64,000 bases of DNA, taken from positions 1,248,001 through 1,312,000 of the forward strand of contig CBDAOB010000004.1 of assembly GCA_965197905.1 (NCBI GenBank), read 5' to 3'. Below, piece by piece: positions 29,968 through 40,094 of the stretch; positions within the stretch are counted from its first letter, which is position 1; each line of letters opens with the position of its first letter. The notes beneath the pieces were generated by a model. It had not been told where the DNA came from and searched no databases. It worked only from the letters and a program-made list of their open reading frames with translations. The stretch comes from Candidatus Latescibacterota bacterium (GTDB lineage: Bacteria; Latescibacterota; UBA2968; UBA8231). A program made the translations under genes and the position numbers.

Positions 29968-31340
29968 CCGGCGTCTTGCGATTCTTCCCCCGACTGATTC
30001 CCACTTTCGGGGGGTGTCTCCGCAGGGTGCTCTCGGCGTGCCGGCTGCCCCCCCTCGAGTCGCCCGATGAGCTGTTCAGCGGCGGCCAAGCCCCGACTCT
30101 TGCTGCCGATCTCTAGGTAGATCTGTTTGGCTTGGGCCAGTGATTCCAATGCTTCAGCGGTTCGTTTCTCCCGCGCGAGGAGGCTGCCGATGTTGGTGAG
30201 CACGTGCGCACGCCCCAGCAGATTTCCCACCCGGTCGTGTTGCTCTAGCGCCTGGTCGTAGGCGCGCAGAGCTTCTTCTCGCTGGCCTTCCTTGAAGTAG
30301 ATGTTCCCCATGTTGCTCAGCGCAGTGGCCACCCCGATCAGATCACCCAACTCTTGGTGCAGGTTGTGCGCCGCCTGGTATTCGGTGAGGGATTGTTCAA
30401 GTCGCTCCTGGCGAAAGTAGACATTCCCCAGGTTAGTGCGCGCGCTTGCCCGGCCTAACTGATTGTCCGCCTCATCGTGAATCTCCAGCGCCGTGAGATG
30501 CAGCTTCATCGCTTCGTCCAGTTCACCCTGGGAAACGCGCAGGTTGGCAATACCACCGATGGCGTTGGCGCGGCCCAGTCGGCTCCCCAATTTCTGAAAC
30601 ATGGTCAACGCGGACGCATAGGTCCGGTCCGCCAGTTGGACGTTTCCCTGCTGCGCCGCTACGTTGCCCATGTTGAGCAACATGTCGGCGGCACCCCGCT
30701 CATCACCGAGACTGCGGAAACCGTTAAGCGCCGCTTCGTAATGGCTCGCCGCGCGCTCCAGGTCTCCTTTGCGCAGTTCGACGACGCCCAGATTGGCTGC
30801 GAAGGCCGCGAGAAACTCGCGGCTCTCCGCCTTTCGCGCCCGTTGGAGGCCCCCGTTGAGGACATCCTCGGCGCCCTTGATGTCGGACAGGACCAACCGC
30901 GCCAATCCCAGATTCAGATGAGCGGCCAGCGTGGGAGCGGCATCCACCGACTGCTCGAAATGATGCGCCGCGGCGGTGAACCGACTCGCACGCAGATGCC
31001 GCTCGCCCAGCTTGAATGCCCGCTCGGCGGCCCCGTTGGCTACCTCCGGGTCAACCCTTCGCAGGCTCCCCGCGGTAGCCTTTTGAATGAGATTCCCGCC
31101 GGATCCCTGCGCCGTAAGGATCGAAAAAACGGTCAGGGGTCGACGCCAGTACCAAGCGAGATAGAAGAATCCCCACGAAAACACGGCGGCAAACAGCAAC
31201 GGAAGGATTGTGTGCTTAAGGAATGCGAGGATTTCGACGACGGAGAGAGCAACACAGAGAACTAGAAGAACGGTAGCGAATATGGCGAGGTTGCGCGCCA
31301 GCCCGTAGAAATCGACGGCAATGCGTTCTCGAATCGACAT
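29964..31340 (-). CDS. Membrane-anchored tetratricopeptide repeat protein
   Basis: Two N-terminal TM segments; repeated NLG/NMG ~40-aa TPRs. Confidence 0.85.
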   Translation of the reverse strand: MSIRERIAVDFYGLARNLAIFATVLLVLCVALSVVEILAFLKHTILPLLFAAVFSWGFFYLAWYWRRPLTVFSILTAQGSGGNLIQKATAGSLRRVDPEVANGAAERAFKLGERHLRASRFTAAAHHFEQSVDAAPTLAAHLNLGLARLVLSDIKGAEDVLNGGLQRARKAESREFLAAFAANLGVVELRKGDLERAASHYEAALNGFRSLGDERGAADMLLNMGNVAAQQGNVQLADRTYASALTMFQKLGSRLGRANAIGGIANLRVSQGELDEAMKLHLTALEIHDEADNQLGRASARTNLGNVYFRQERLEQSLTEYQAAHNLHQELGDLIGVATALSNMGNIYFKEGQREEALRAYDQALEQHDRVGNLLGRAHVLTNIGSLLAREKRTAEALESLAQAKQIYLEIGSKSRGLAAAEQLIGRLEGGQPARREHPAETPPESGNQSGEESQDAG

Positions 31341-31403
31341 TGACGGCCCAAGCCTAGCAGCGGGTGTTAGACCATCGCCAGTGCAGGGGGTCGAGCATGA
31401 CGA

Positions 31404-32864
31404 CTATTCCAAACCCAGCAGTTTGCGGGCAAGACCCCAGCCGCTGAGCGCCGCGAATACTAGGAGAACTGCTGACGACAGCACCGAGCCGATCAGCACC
31501 GGCGCGCGAGTCCGGTAGGAGCTCGGCAGCTTGAAGTTGAGGTAGAGGGCAACGAGCATAATCAGGGCAATGGCAAAATTTGCGAACAAAAAACCGGCGA
31601 TTTGGATGAGGGTGTTGAACGGAATGTTGAGCCAGACGAGGACCATGGTGATGCCAAAGATGTAGAGGCACACGGTTTTCTTTATCCCACCGTATGACCA
31701 GGTGCGCCGCGGCCAGATAGACTGGAAGAATTCCTGCGTGACCCTCGCGTAGATTTCCGGCAGCGCCTGCAACGAGCCCCACAAAGCGGCAATCACGCAG
31801 ACGTAATAGATCCAGACTAAGGTGGGATGGATGGTGCGCCAGACGTGCGCCTGATTGGTCAACAAGCTCCAGCCTTCGAAACGACTCTCCAGGGGCATCA
31901 GCACCGCCGCACCCGAAAGCATGAAAGCGGCCGTCACTATAAAGAGTACCACCGCACCCATCGTCACGTCCCATCGCAGCGGGGCACACAGTTGCCGCAG
32001 GCGCCTCACGGATGTGGCATCGTCCGGAAGGTAGTCGATTTCGTCGCGGCTAAAGGCGTGGGTGCGGATGGCTTCGATTTCCTGGTGACCGCTGAGTCCC
32101 CACTTGTGGAGGCCGACCCAACCGGAATACACCACGTAGGCCATAACCGAACCACCGATGTAGCCGAAGGTGGTGGCCATGGTCAGCATGCGGTGTTTCA
32201 CCGCGTCTTCCGGTGCCCATGGGGGGAACTCGGGGAAGTGCCCGAAGTTCAGACTGCCCACCACCGCTTTCACGAAGTCGGGACGCACCATGGCGGTACC
32301 GATGATAGTGCCCGTAACCAGAATCGCGCATATCAGCAGCTGTTGTTTTTCGAGGCGCTCGTAAGAGAGCCTGAGACTCAACCCCAGCGCCACCGCGATA
32401 AACCCGGAGGCGATCAGGTTTTCCCAGGTCGATTCTGCGAAGAGATCGGGGAGCGGCAACACGTGGTGAAAGAGATCACCGCACGGTTTGGAGATCGCCA
32501 CCCAACCCATGGGGGCGGCGAACATCTCCACCACGACGATGGTGATCAGCAGCCACCCCCTTGGACCGGGGAAACGGACGATCCGGTGGCCAATGAACTC
32601 ACCGCTGATCGCCGTGTAGCGACCGATTAGATAGGTGACGAAAAGGCCCTTGACCAGACAGCTCAGCAGCACCAACCACAGCAGATCGTATCCAGCCCAG
32701 GCGCCGGCGCGCACCACCACGATGGTTTCCCCCGCACCGATGGCCACCGAGGCGACGATGGCGGCGGGCCCGAAGACACCGAGCAGACCGAACAGTTTGC
32801 GCAGCGACCAAGGTTCGGCAAAGACACCTTCGAGCTGGGGAATATCGAATTTTTTTGTCGCCAT
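31404..32864 (-). CDS. Nramp-like (APC superfamily) transporter
   Basis: GPAAIVASVAIGAGE, GYDLLW, RY..ISGE; ~11 TM segments. Confidence 0.8.
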   Translation of the reverse strand: MATKKFDIPQLEGVFAEPWSLRKLFGLLGVFGPAAIVASVAIGAGETIVVVRAGAWAGYDLLWLVLLSCLVKGLFVTYLIGRYTAISGEFIGHRIVRFPGPRGWLLITIVVVEMFAAPMGWVAISKPCGDLFHHVLPLPDLFAESTWENLIASGFIAVALGLSLRLSYERLEKQQLLICAILVTGTIIGTAMVRPDFVKAVVGSLNFGHFPEFPPWAPEDAVKHRMLTMATTFGYIGGSVMAYVVYSGWVGLHKWGLSGHQEIEAIRTHAFSRDEIDYLPDDATSVRRLRQLCAPLRWDVTMGAVVLFIVTAAFMLSGAAVLMPLESRFEGWSLLTNQAHVWRTIHPTLVWIYYVCVIAALWGSLQALPEIYARVTQEFFQSIWPRRTWSYGGIKKTVCLYIFGITMVLVWLNIPFNTLIQIAGFLFANFAIALIMLVALYLNFKLPSSYRTRAPVLIGSVLSSAVLLVFAALSGWGLARKLLGLE

Positions 32865-33162
32865 CTTGGATCCACTTTTGAAGTTGGCCCGAAGATAACA
32901 CTGCTTCTGCCGATTAACAAAATGGGCCCGCGATCCCCAAGGTGTGGCATTGGGGGCAAGATTTTTCTGGTGCAGGCGATAAAAAGTGCATCCGCGAATG
33001 GGTAAGTTGTAATCCGCGTCCCGTGGTGTTGTGGGGCGGACCTTGCATCTGGGCAGGGTGCGCCGAACGATCGCTGCGGGCTATTCTTGACCTCCGGCAC
33101 CGGAGTTCGTACCGTGCCGGAGTGGATATTCTTTCCACGCTTTTACAAAGGAGGCGAACCAG

Positions 33163-33228
33163 ATGCCATCGTTATTGCTCGTGTCGAACATCCAGAGCAT
33201 TGAGCGTCCGTCTCCCGGCACTCCTTAG
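33163..33228 (+). CDS. Putative 21-aa leader/micro-peptide MPSLLLVSNIQSIERPSPGTP
   Basis: AAAGGAGG RBS 8 nt before ATG; followed by hairpin and terminator. Confidence 0.55.
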   Translation: MPSLLLVSNIQSIERPSPGTP

Positions 33229-33291
33229 GGTTCTATTCGCTTCAAATAGTCAGGGTCCGACGATCCTGACCGAATAGGTCTTCCTCTCGAG

Positions 33292-33324
33292 AAAGCCGCA
33301 GGCGGATTATGCCTGCGGTTTTTT
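33292..33324 (+). terminator. Intrinsic terminator / possible attenuator
   Basis: AAAGCCGCAGGC-ggattat-GCCTGCGGTTTTTT, 35 nt before the next ATG. Confidence 0.85.
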
Positions 33325-33359
33325 GGTGGCCACACTTCACCGGAGGAGGATAGGCCTAT

Positions 33360-33731
33360 ATGTACAACTCGGATTTCTGGGAAGTCCGTATTGATCCGAA
33401 CGATTTAGCGCAATTTCCCAACGAAGCGGGTGTATGGTACCAAACACCCTACGACGCCCGGTACGAGCGACGACTCAAGACCCGCCACACCCAGGTGATG
33501 TCGCGGTTGATGGAGCTCATCCGTCGGGATCTAACAGAAAGACAGTTCATGATTCTCGTCCTCTACTTTATGCACCAGAAGACACAGGAGGAGGTGGCGC
33601 AGATCATGGGCATTTCGCGCAGAACAGTCAGTCAACACCTGTTTGGGATATGTAGAAACGGTAAACAAGTGGGCGGCGCCATACGCAAGATTCGCAAGCT
33701 GTGCCGTCGCCGGGGTATCGAACTTCAGTAG
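33360..33731 (+). CDS. Stand-alone sigma70 region 4 HTH protein
   Basis: LTERQ..ILVLYF....TQEEVAQIMGISRRTVSQHL; GGAGGAGG RBS; no region 2. Confidence 0.85.
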   Translation: MYNSDFWEVRIDPNDLAQFPNEAGVWYQTPYDARYERRLKTRHTQVMSRLMELIRRDLTERQFMILVLYFMHQKTQEEVAQIMGISRRTVSQHLFGICRNGKQVGGAIRKIRKLCRRRGIELQ

Positions 33732-33850
33732 TACCGCCGAAGTGCATCCGTTGGGGTGTCAGGAGTCGGACGCTCTGTCCGATGCTGATCGATCAGTTTA
33801 ACCGGCGCGGGATTACCGGAACCCCGTCGCCATGTCGAAAGGAGGTTTTG

Positions 33851-33883
33851 ATGACTGCTATACTTTGGAGGTGTCGCGTCTGA
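33851..33883 (+). CDS. Putative 10-aa micro-peptide MTAILWRCRV
   Basis: AAAGGAGG RBS 5 nt before ATG; followed by hairpin and terminator. Confidence 0.5.
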   Translation: MTAILWRCRV

Positions 33884-33946
33884 TTTAATCGGACGTCGAG
33901 CTTCCTGGATGACCTGCCCCCCTTACGGCGGTTCATCCGTTAGAAA

Positions 33947-33980
33947 CCGGGCGCACCAGCATGGTGCGTCCGGCTTTTTT
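33947..33980 (+). terminator. Intrinsic terminator
   Basis: CCGGGCGCACCA-gca-TGGTGCGTCCGG-c-TTTTTT. Confidence 0.88.
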
Positions 33981-33986
33981 GTATTC

Positions 33987-34015
33987 TTGACAGGTCCTTG
34001 CGTCCTCTGTACCTT
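33987..34015 (+). promoter_or_regulatory. Sigma70-type promoter for the GNAT gene
   Basis: TTGACA-17 nt-TACCTT. Confidence 0.6.
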
Positions 34016-34039
34016 GCGCGCTCGCCGTGGCGAAAAACG

Positions 34040-34630
34040 ATGAAGTGTGCACTCATTGCTCCCGACGACGGGTACCAAACCAGTTTCCTGGAGGGTGCGG
34101 CCGAGTTCAAAGCGCTGGGCCGCCTCGATTCGACCTACGCAGTCTATCTGGGATATAACCTGGATACCCTTCGCGATCGGTTCAGTCAGTTCACCCGGGA
34201 CCTGAACGCGCTCGGCGCTGCGTCCCGAGCAACCAGCGGCTGGTACGTGGATATCGTCCTCTGGCTGGTGGCCGGAAAGAACTATCTCGGCCAGGTTTCG
34301 TTACGACCTGAGCTGAGCACTAACTACCTGATTCAATTCGGAGGCCACATCGGCTACAGCATTCGTCCGTCGATGAGACGCCGCGGGTTTGGCGAGAGGA
34401 TTCTGGCGCTTGCTCTGGACCGAGCGTGCGATTTGGGATTGCACCGGGTGCTTGTAACCTGCGACTCTGACAACGTCGCGTCTCGAAAGATCATCGAGCG
34501 TAATGGAGGCACCTTCGAATACGCCATGCCCATGGACCCACACGCGTTCAGGGCAGAAGGACGCCCCCCCAACGAAGGTGTAACAAAGTTCAGGTACTGG
34601 ATCGACCTGGTCCCGGTCGAGGCAGGGTAA
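34040..34630 (+). CDS. GNAT family N-acetyltransferase
   Basis: GGHIGYSIRPSMRRRGFG, VTCDSDNVASRKIIERNGG. Confidence 0.92.
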   Translation: MKCALIAPDDGYQTSFLEGAAEFKALGRLDSTYAVYLGYNLDTLRDRFSQFTRDLNALGAASRATSGWYVDIVLWLVAGKNYLGQVSLRPELSTNYLIQFGGHIGYSIRPSMRRRGFGERILALALDRACDLGLHRVLVTCDSDNVASRKIIERNGGTFEYAMPMDPHAFRAEGRPPNEGVTKFRYWIDLVPVEAG

Positions 34631-34647
34631 GCCCGTTCGCGGGTCGA

Positions 34648-35829
34648 ATGGTTTCGTCCGAAGGTCTTGTGGAGCCGGACTATGCCGGCGGCAGCATCGT
34701 AAATCTGGCCTCCTCCCTGTTCGAGGGCTTCGGTATCGAACCACCCAGCGCCCCCTGCTCGGAGCGCTTCGGACTGCGGGAACCGTTGTCCCGCGCCGGC
34801 GCCATCGTGCTCCTGGTCTGCGATGCGCTCGGCCTGCGTCAGCTGGAGACGGCGCTCGAGCGTGGAGCATTGCCTCGATTGCAGGCGCGGGCCGAGAATT
34901 CTCCCTACGGGATTCAGCAACTGACCTCTGTCTTCCCCGCCACGACAACCGTTGCACTACCTTCACTCACGTCCGGATACCCGCCGTCAAGACACGGAAT
35001 ACTGGGCATGCGTCAGTGGCTGGACCGGTTCGACGCCCTCTGCAACATGCTGCGCTTTCGCACCATCGAGGCACAGGCCCGCGATTTTGCAGAAGAAGAT
35101 CTGCCGGCGGTGGAGACCGTGTTTCGGCGCTTGAGAGCGGCCCACATTCCGTCGTTTGCGATCAGTCCCGCGGAATACGAAGGGACCGCGTTTACCGGAC
35201 TGATCAATAATGGCGCCACCTACGTGGGTTTCCGCGCCCAGTCCGAGATAGCTCATCTTCTGGAGCGGTCGCTGGCGGACTGCGCGGGAAATCGCAGCTT
35301 TCACTACCTCTATTGGCCCATGGTGGACACCGTAGCGCATACCTACGGTCCCCTGTCGGCGGCGTATTACCGGGAATTGGAGTTCGTCGACCTCATGTTC
35401 CAGCAGGTAGCAGAGTGCTGCGCGAATGCAGGCGCCACGCTGCTGTTTACCGCCGACCACGGACAGGCGATGCTGGCGGAAGGGCGCGCGGTGATCATCA
35501 ACAACGAATGTGCCCGCGCATTGAAGCGACCCCCGGGTGGCAACCGGCGAGCCTTGTACCTCACCGAGAAGGAGTTCGGGGAACTGCGCCAGCAGCCGCT
35601 GCTGCGCCAGGAAGATCTGGTGTTAGTGGATGCCGAGGAGGCGATAAACCGAGGCTGGTTCGGGGGGCGCGAGGTCGCCAATCGCTCGGCATTGGGCGAC
35701 CTGATCGTGATGGCGATGAACGACCGGCAACTGCTGTTCGACTACGGCGACGGGATCGGCACCTTCGCCGGAGCCCACGGCAGCTTGACCGAGGATGAGA
35801 TGCTGGTGCCGCTTTTGGTCTTACCCTGA
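34648..35829 (+). CDS. Alkaline phosphatase superfamily / type I phosphodiesterase
   Basis: DALG, SVFPATT, D..AH.YGP, TADHG, HGSLT.DEM.VP. Confidence 0.9.
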   Translation: MVSSEGLVEPDYAGGSIVNLASSLFEGFGIEPPSAPCSERFGLREPLSRAGAIVLLVCDALGLRQLETALERGALPRLQARAENSPYGIQQLTSVFPATTTVALPSLTSGYPPSRHGILGMRQWLDRFDALCNMLRFRTIEAQARDFAEEDLPAVETVFRRLRAAHIPSFAISPAEYEGTAFTGLINNGATYVGFRAQSEIAHLLERSLADCAGNRSFHYLYWPMVDTVAHTYGPLSAAYYRELEFVDLMFQQVAECCANAGATLLFTADHGQAMLAEGRAVIINNECARALKRPPGGNRRALYLTEKEFGELRQQPLLRQEDLVLVDAEEAINRGWFGGREVANRSALGDLIVMAMNDRQLLFDYGDGIGTFAGAHGSLTEDEMLVPLLVLP

Positions 35830-36813
35830 TCGGGCTGCGGCTTGCAGTCGCGGGTGATCCAGAACCTCGGCATTGAGTAGATGCGCCGGTGTGCGACCCC
35901 CGAGAGCATCGCGAACCTGGCCGAAGGTACGCCGATCCAACCGCTGAATGGACTCCACGGTCACACCGGCATTGTGATTGGTGCAGATGATCCGCGGATG
36001 GCCCTTGTGAATGGCCCGAGGTCCGTTTACCGGATCGTCGACCACATAATAGAAGAGGCAGTTCTCGTTGACAGCCCGGTTGGCCGCTTCGTCGTCCACC
36101 AGGGTACCCCTGGAGGGATTGATCAGCGACGCATGCGGTTTCATGGCGCTCATCTCGCGATAGGTGACAAGGGTTTCAGCCCCCGCCGTGTGCAGCGAAA
36201 CCGTGTCGCACTCCTCGAATAACCTCATCGGGTCGTCCACTGCCTCGGCACCGAATTGAGCCGCCACCTCGGCGATGTCGGGCCGAATATCATAGACCAG
36301 AAGACGGCCTTGTTCACCCAACAGAGGAACCGCCCGTTCGGCAACAGCTTGACCGATGCGTCCGAGGCCGTACAAGCCCAGCGTTGAACCGGCCGCTTCG
36401 CGGGTTGGCAGTAGTGCGATGTCGCCAACGTGAGCGTTGGCGTTGAGGGTGTAGACCCGTTTGAGCGTCGCCATCCATTGGGCGATGGTGTATTCGGCGA
36501 CGGTCATCATATGCTCCGGGGCGACGGTGACCATTACACCCTGCGCGGTGGCTACTTCGAGACTGGTCTTTTCGTACCCGACGCCCCAGCGCGCGATGAT
36601 GCGCAGATCGGTACCAGCCTCGTAGAAGCTGCCATGGATCTGGTGGCTGTTGGCGATAACAGCAACTACGCCGTCGCTGTGCTTGTCGGTAAGCTCCTCG
36701 TCGTAGTAGTCGATTTCGGCCAGTGTTGCCAGTGCGGCAATCCCTTTCGTTCTCGCCTCCGAAGAGAACTCGTCGTTGGTGAAGTTGGCTTGCGTCAGCA
36801 GAATCTTACCCAT
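35821..36813 (-). CDS. D-isomer-specific 2-hydroxyacid dehydrogenase family
   Basis: ARWGVGY, GLGRIG, VSLH, INPSRG, TNHNAG. Confidence 0.85.
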   Translation of the reverse strand: MGKILLTQANFTNDEFSSEARTKGIAALATLAEIDYYDEELTDKHSDGVVAVIANSHQIHGSFYEAGTDLRIIARWGVGYEKTSLEVATAQGVMVTVAPEHMMTVAEYTIAQWMATLKRVYTLNANAHVGDIALLPTREAAGSTLGLYGLGRIGQAVAERAVPLLGEQGRLLVYDIRPDIAEVAAQFGAEAVDDPMRLFEECDTVSLHTAGAETLVTYREMSAMKPHASLINPSRGTLVDDEAANRAVNENCLFYYVVDDPVNGPRAIHKGHPRIICTNHNAGVTVESIQRLDRRTFGQVRDALGGRTPAHLLNAEVLDHPRLQAAARSG

Positions 36814-36839
36814 GGTTTCTCGTCATCGTCCGTTGAGTT

Positions 36840-37727
36840 CTAGATGATTGGATGTTCCCGGTCGGGGGTTTGGCCGACGAGGAGATAGTGGGTTGTGGCG
36901 CCCAGGACGTCGGGGTGTTCGCAATGCTTGCGATGAAATCTGATCCAGGCGTCTCGTCGGACGCCCTGGTTCAGTGGACGGATCTGCTCGTCGCCTAAAA
37001 GACCGATCAAACCCTCCAGGCTGCGCATTCGCATCGTTTCTACCCCACAGCGCTCCATCAACGCTCGCGCCTGAGAAGGCCAGCAGCTGAAAAAATCGTA
37101 CGGCTGCTCAGCGCCGCCAAAATCGACTGCCGTAGAATTGGGTGCGAGTCCCCGCTGATGCAGGTCGTCCATGAAGCGCTCATTGGCAAGCAGCTCTCCG
37201 TCATTCTTGAGCAACCTGGGGAATACGGAGAATGGACTGATGAAGGTGGCAAACAGGTGGCCGCCGGGTTTGAGCAAGCGGATTGCTTGCTCGACGGCGG
37301 CTTGCCGTTCCTCCGGTTCGAGCAGGTGATACAGTGGACCCATGAGCAACACGGCGTCGAAGGAGTGCACGTCGAGCCCGTCGAGCTGCGTAGCACAACC
37401 GGTGCGGGTGAACAGGATCTTCGACGCCTCGCCACTTGGAATCCGCTTGCGGAAGAGCTCCAGCGAACGCGGGGAAAGGTCTACGAGTCCCACTCGGCAG
37501 CGCCGGTCACGCAGCAGAAATTCGGCATATCGACCGGGGCCCGCGCCGACGTCCAAGACCCTCGATGCCGGTGGTATGTACTCTGCTAGGAGCTCTCTGG
37601 CCAGAGCGAACTCCGCCTGCTCGCGCGGCGACTGCAGGAGTCGGTGCTGCTCCGCTTCAGCGCCGCGATCGTAGATTTCAGCAATGAGCGAGCGGTCGGT
37701 CAGTGCGGGCGTCGGCGGCAACAGCAT
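36840..37727 (-). CDS. Class I SAM-dependent methyltransferase
   Basis: VLDVGAGPGRY, DLS, MGPLYHL, LKPGG. Confidence 0.9.
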   Translation of the reverse strand: MLLPPTPALTDRSLIAEIYDRGAEAEQHRLLQSPREQAEFALARELLAEYIPPASRVLDVGAGPGRYAEFLLRDRRCRVGLVDLSPRSLELFRKRIPSGEASKILFTRTGCATQLDGLDVHSFDAVLLMGPLYHLLEPEERQAAVEQAIRLLKPGGHLFATFISPFSVFPRLLKNDGELLANERFMDDLHQRGLAPNSTAVDFGGAEQPYDFFSCWPSQARALMERCGVETMRMRSLEGLIGLLGDEQIRPLNQGVRRDAWIRFHRKHCEHPDVLGATTHYLLVGQTPDREHPII

Positions 37728-37733
37728 GATGGA

Positions 37734-39341
37734 TCAGCCCACTCCCGGGGCGACCGCCAGGAGTTCGGGAGCGTCGGTTTGGTAGGCCGTAAAATGCTCG
37801 TTGAACAAGCACACCAGGTCGGCCGCCTTGCGATCATAGGCGTCGCCGTCCCGCCAGGTTCCGCGCGGTCGCAGGATCTCCGTCGGGACCTCGGGGCAAG
37901 CGGTCGGCACGTCGATCTTGAAGAGCGGATCCGTTTCGAATTGTGCTTTGGCCAACCGGCCCTGAAGAATGGCGCGTATGATGGCTCGGGTGTATTGGAT
38001 CGAGATGCGCTCCCCTTCACCGTACGGCCCGCCGCTCCATCCGGTATTAACGAGCCAGCAGCTGGTCCGGTGCTCGCTCACCTTGGCGCCCAGCTGCTGG
38101 GCATAGTGGATCGGCGGCAGCACCATGAACGGACCGCCGAAACAGGGCGAGAAGGTAGCGGTCGGCTCGGCCACACCCCGCTCGGTGCCGGCCACCTTGG
38201 CGGTGTAGCCAGAAAGAAAATGGTACATCGCCTGAGCGGTGGTGAGGTGGGCGACCGGCGGCAGCACGCCGAAGGCATCGCACGTTAGCATGATCAGGCA
38301 GGTAGGATGATCACCCCTGCCATCGGCGCTGGCGTGCGGGATGAATTCTATCGGATAGGAGGCCCGGGTATTCTCGGTGATGCTGTCATCATCGAGATCG
38401 ACCAGATGAGAAGTGGGATTCATCACCACATTCTCCAGCACGGTTCCGAATCGCCCGGTGGTGCTGTAGATCTCCGGCTCGGCCTCTTCGCTGAGCCGAA
38501 TTACCTTGGCATAGCAGCCGCCCTCGAAATTGAAGATGCCGTTGTCGCTCCAGCCGTGTTCGTCGTCTCCGATCAGAACCCGGTCAGCGCTGGCGGAAAG
38601 GGTCGTCTTGCCCGTTCCCGAAAGCCCGAAGAAGAGCGCCGTTTCGCCGTTGGCCCCCATATTGGCGGAGCAATGCATGCTCAGAATCCCCGCACGCGGC
38701 AAGACGAAATTGAGCACCGAGAAGATCGCCTTCTTCATTTCGCCGCCATAGCTGGTGCCACCTATCAGGATCATCTTGCGTCCGAAATGAAGCACGATGA
38801 ACGCCTCCGATCGGGTGCCGTCGGAAGCCGGGTCGGCGGCGCAGCCCGGGGCGTAGATGACGTGCCACTCCGGATCGAACTCCGTCAGCGACCGTGTCGG
38901 TTCCGCCGGGATGAACATGTTGCGGGCGAACAGGCTGTGCCAAGCCAGCTCGGTTATGGCGCGGAGTGGGATGCGAAACTGAGGATCGGCACCGGCGAAA
39001 CAGTCCTGCACGAAAATCTCCCGTCCCTGCAGGTAACCTCGCATCCGGTAAAGCAGCGATTCGAAATCAGCTTCCTCGAACGGCAGGTTGGTCGCGCTCC
39101 AGCCGACTTCATCCATTGAAGAAGATTCCCGTACGATGAACCGATCCTTGGGTGAGCGGCCTGTATACTTGCCCGTTTCCACCACTAGCGGTCCGTCGAT
39201 GGCCAGGGTTCCCTCACCCCGCCGAACTGCTGCCGCATAAAGTTCGGGACGATTCAGATTGGCCAGCACCGTAGAGACCTGGTCGAATCCGCAGTAGGCT
39301 AGATTCTTCGGGTTCCCTCGCTCCGGAATTAGGGGAGACAT
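37734..39341 (-). CDS. pckA: Phosphoenolpyruvate carboxykinase (ATP)
   Basis: TGRSPKD, YGGEMKK, MHCSAN, GLSGTGKTTLS, IGDDEHGW, NFEGGCYAK. Confidence 0.97.
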   Translation of the reverse strand: MSPLIPERGNPKNLAYCGFDQVSTVLANLNRPELYAAAVRRGEGTLAIDGPLVVETGKYTGRSPKDRFIVRESSSMDEVGWSATNLPFEEADFESLLYRMRGYLQGREIFVQDCFAGADPQFRIPLRAITELAWHSLFARNMFIPAEPTRSLTEFDPEWHVIYAPGCAADPASDGTRSEAFIVLHFGRKMILIGGTSYGGEMKKAIFSVLNFVLPRAGILSMHCSANMGANGETALFFGLSGTGKTTLSASADRVLIGDDEHGWSDNGIFNFEGGCYAKVIRLSEEAEPEIYSTTGRFGTVLENVVMNPTSHLVDLDDDSITENTRASYPIEFIPHASADGRGDHPTCLIMLTCDAFGVLPPVAHLTTAQAMYHFLSGYTAKVAGTERGVAEPTATFSPCFGGPFMVLPPIHYAQQLGAKVSEHRTSCWLVNTGWSGGPYGEGERISIQYTRAIIRAILQGRLAKAQFETDPLFKIDVPTACPEVPTEILRPRGTWRDGDAYDRKAADLVCLFNEHFTAYQTDAPELLAVAPGVG

Positions 39342-39560
39342 CCCATCCTCCGGCTCACGACTTAACCAGCCCTTCAGTATTCATGTGAAACACCAAAGCG
39401 GGACGCCGCGAGAAGATGTCGTTTTGGCAGGCCCGTACTATGGATGGCTGTTTTTGTGCCACAATGGCATGAGTCCGCTTCAGCATGGTTGACAGCATGT
39501 TGCCGTGAAAATAGTACAAACCTTTGTTTTTGTGGCGCTTATAGAACGCATAATTGTCGC

Positions 39561-39576
39561 TGGTACGGGCTTTGCG
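39561..39576 (+). promoter_or_regulatory. Sigma54 (-24/-12) promoter of hsp20
   Basis: TGGTACGGGCTTTGCG matches GG-N10-GC; palindrome TGCCA-CAA-TGGCA at 39457-39469 is a possible activator site. Confidence 0.7.
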
Positions 39577-39647
39577 AAAGGAATCCTCGTCGAAAGAAAC
39601 GATGCGCAACGCATCAAACATCACAATCCAAAACGGAGGTTATTAAA

Positions 39648-40094
39648 ATGCTAACCAAAACCTTTCTTCCCAGCGTCTTCAAAGGTGCCACACGGAGTCT
39701 GGACCCGTGGTCCGGGTTTGGCGAGTTGGGTCGCGTTTTCGCTGACGATTGGTTCGCCCCGGGCTCAACCTATCCCGCGCTCAATGTATCGAGTACCGAC
39801 GAGGAGGCCGTCGTAACCGCCGATCTCCCCGGATTCGACCCTGCCGACGTCGAATTGTCGGTGGAGGGTACGATACTGAGACTGCGCGGCACCCGCGCCA
39901 AGGACGAAACCGAAAACGGTGAAACCTATTATCGGCGCGAGCGCTGGAGTGGTTCATTCGAGCGCAGCGTGCGCTTGCCTTTCGAGGTGGAAAACGGCAA
40001 GATCGAGGCCAAGTTCAACAAAGGCGAGCTCACCATCACGTTGCCGCGAGCCGAAACCGATCGGCCGAAAAAGATAGAGGTCAAGGCGACCTGA
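39648..40094 (+). CDS. Hsp20/alpha-crystallin small heat shock protein
   Basis: YPALNV, DLPG, RRER.SGSFERSVRLP, A.FNKGELTITLP; GGAGG RBS. Confidence 0.93.
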   Translation: MLTKTFLPSVFKGATRSLDPWSGFGELGRVFADDWFAPGSTYPALNVSSTDEEAVVTADLPGFDPADVELSVEGTILRLRGTRAKDETENGETYYRRERWSGSFERSVRLPFEVENGKIEAKFNKGELTITLPRAETDRPKKIEVKAT

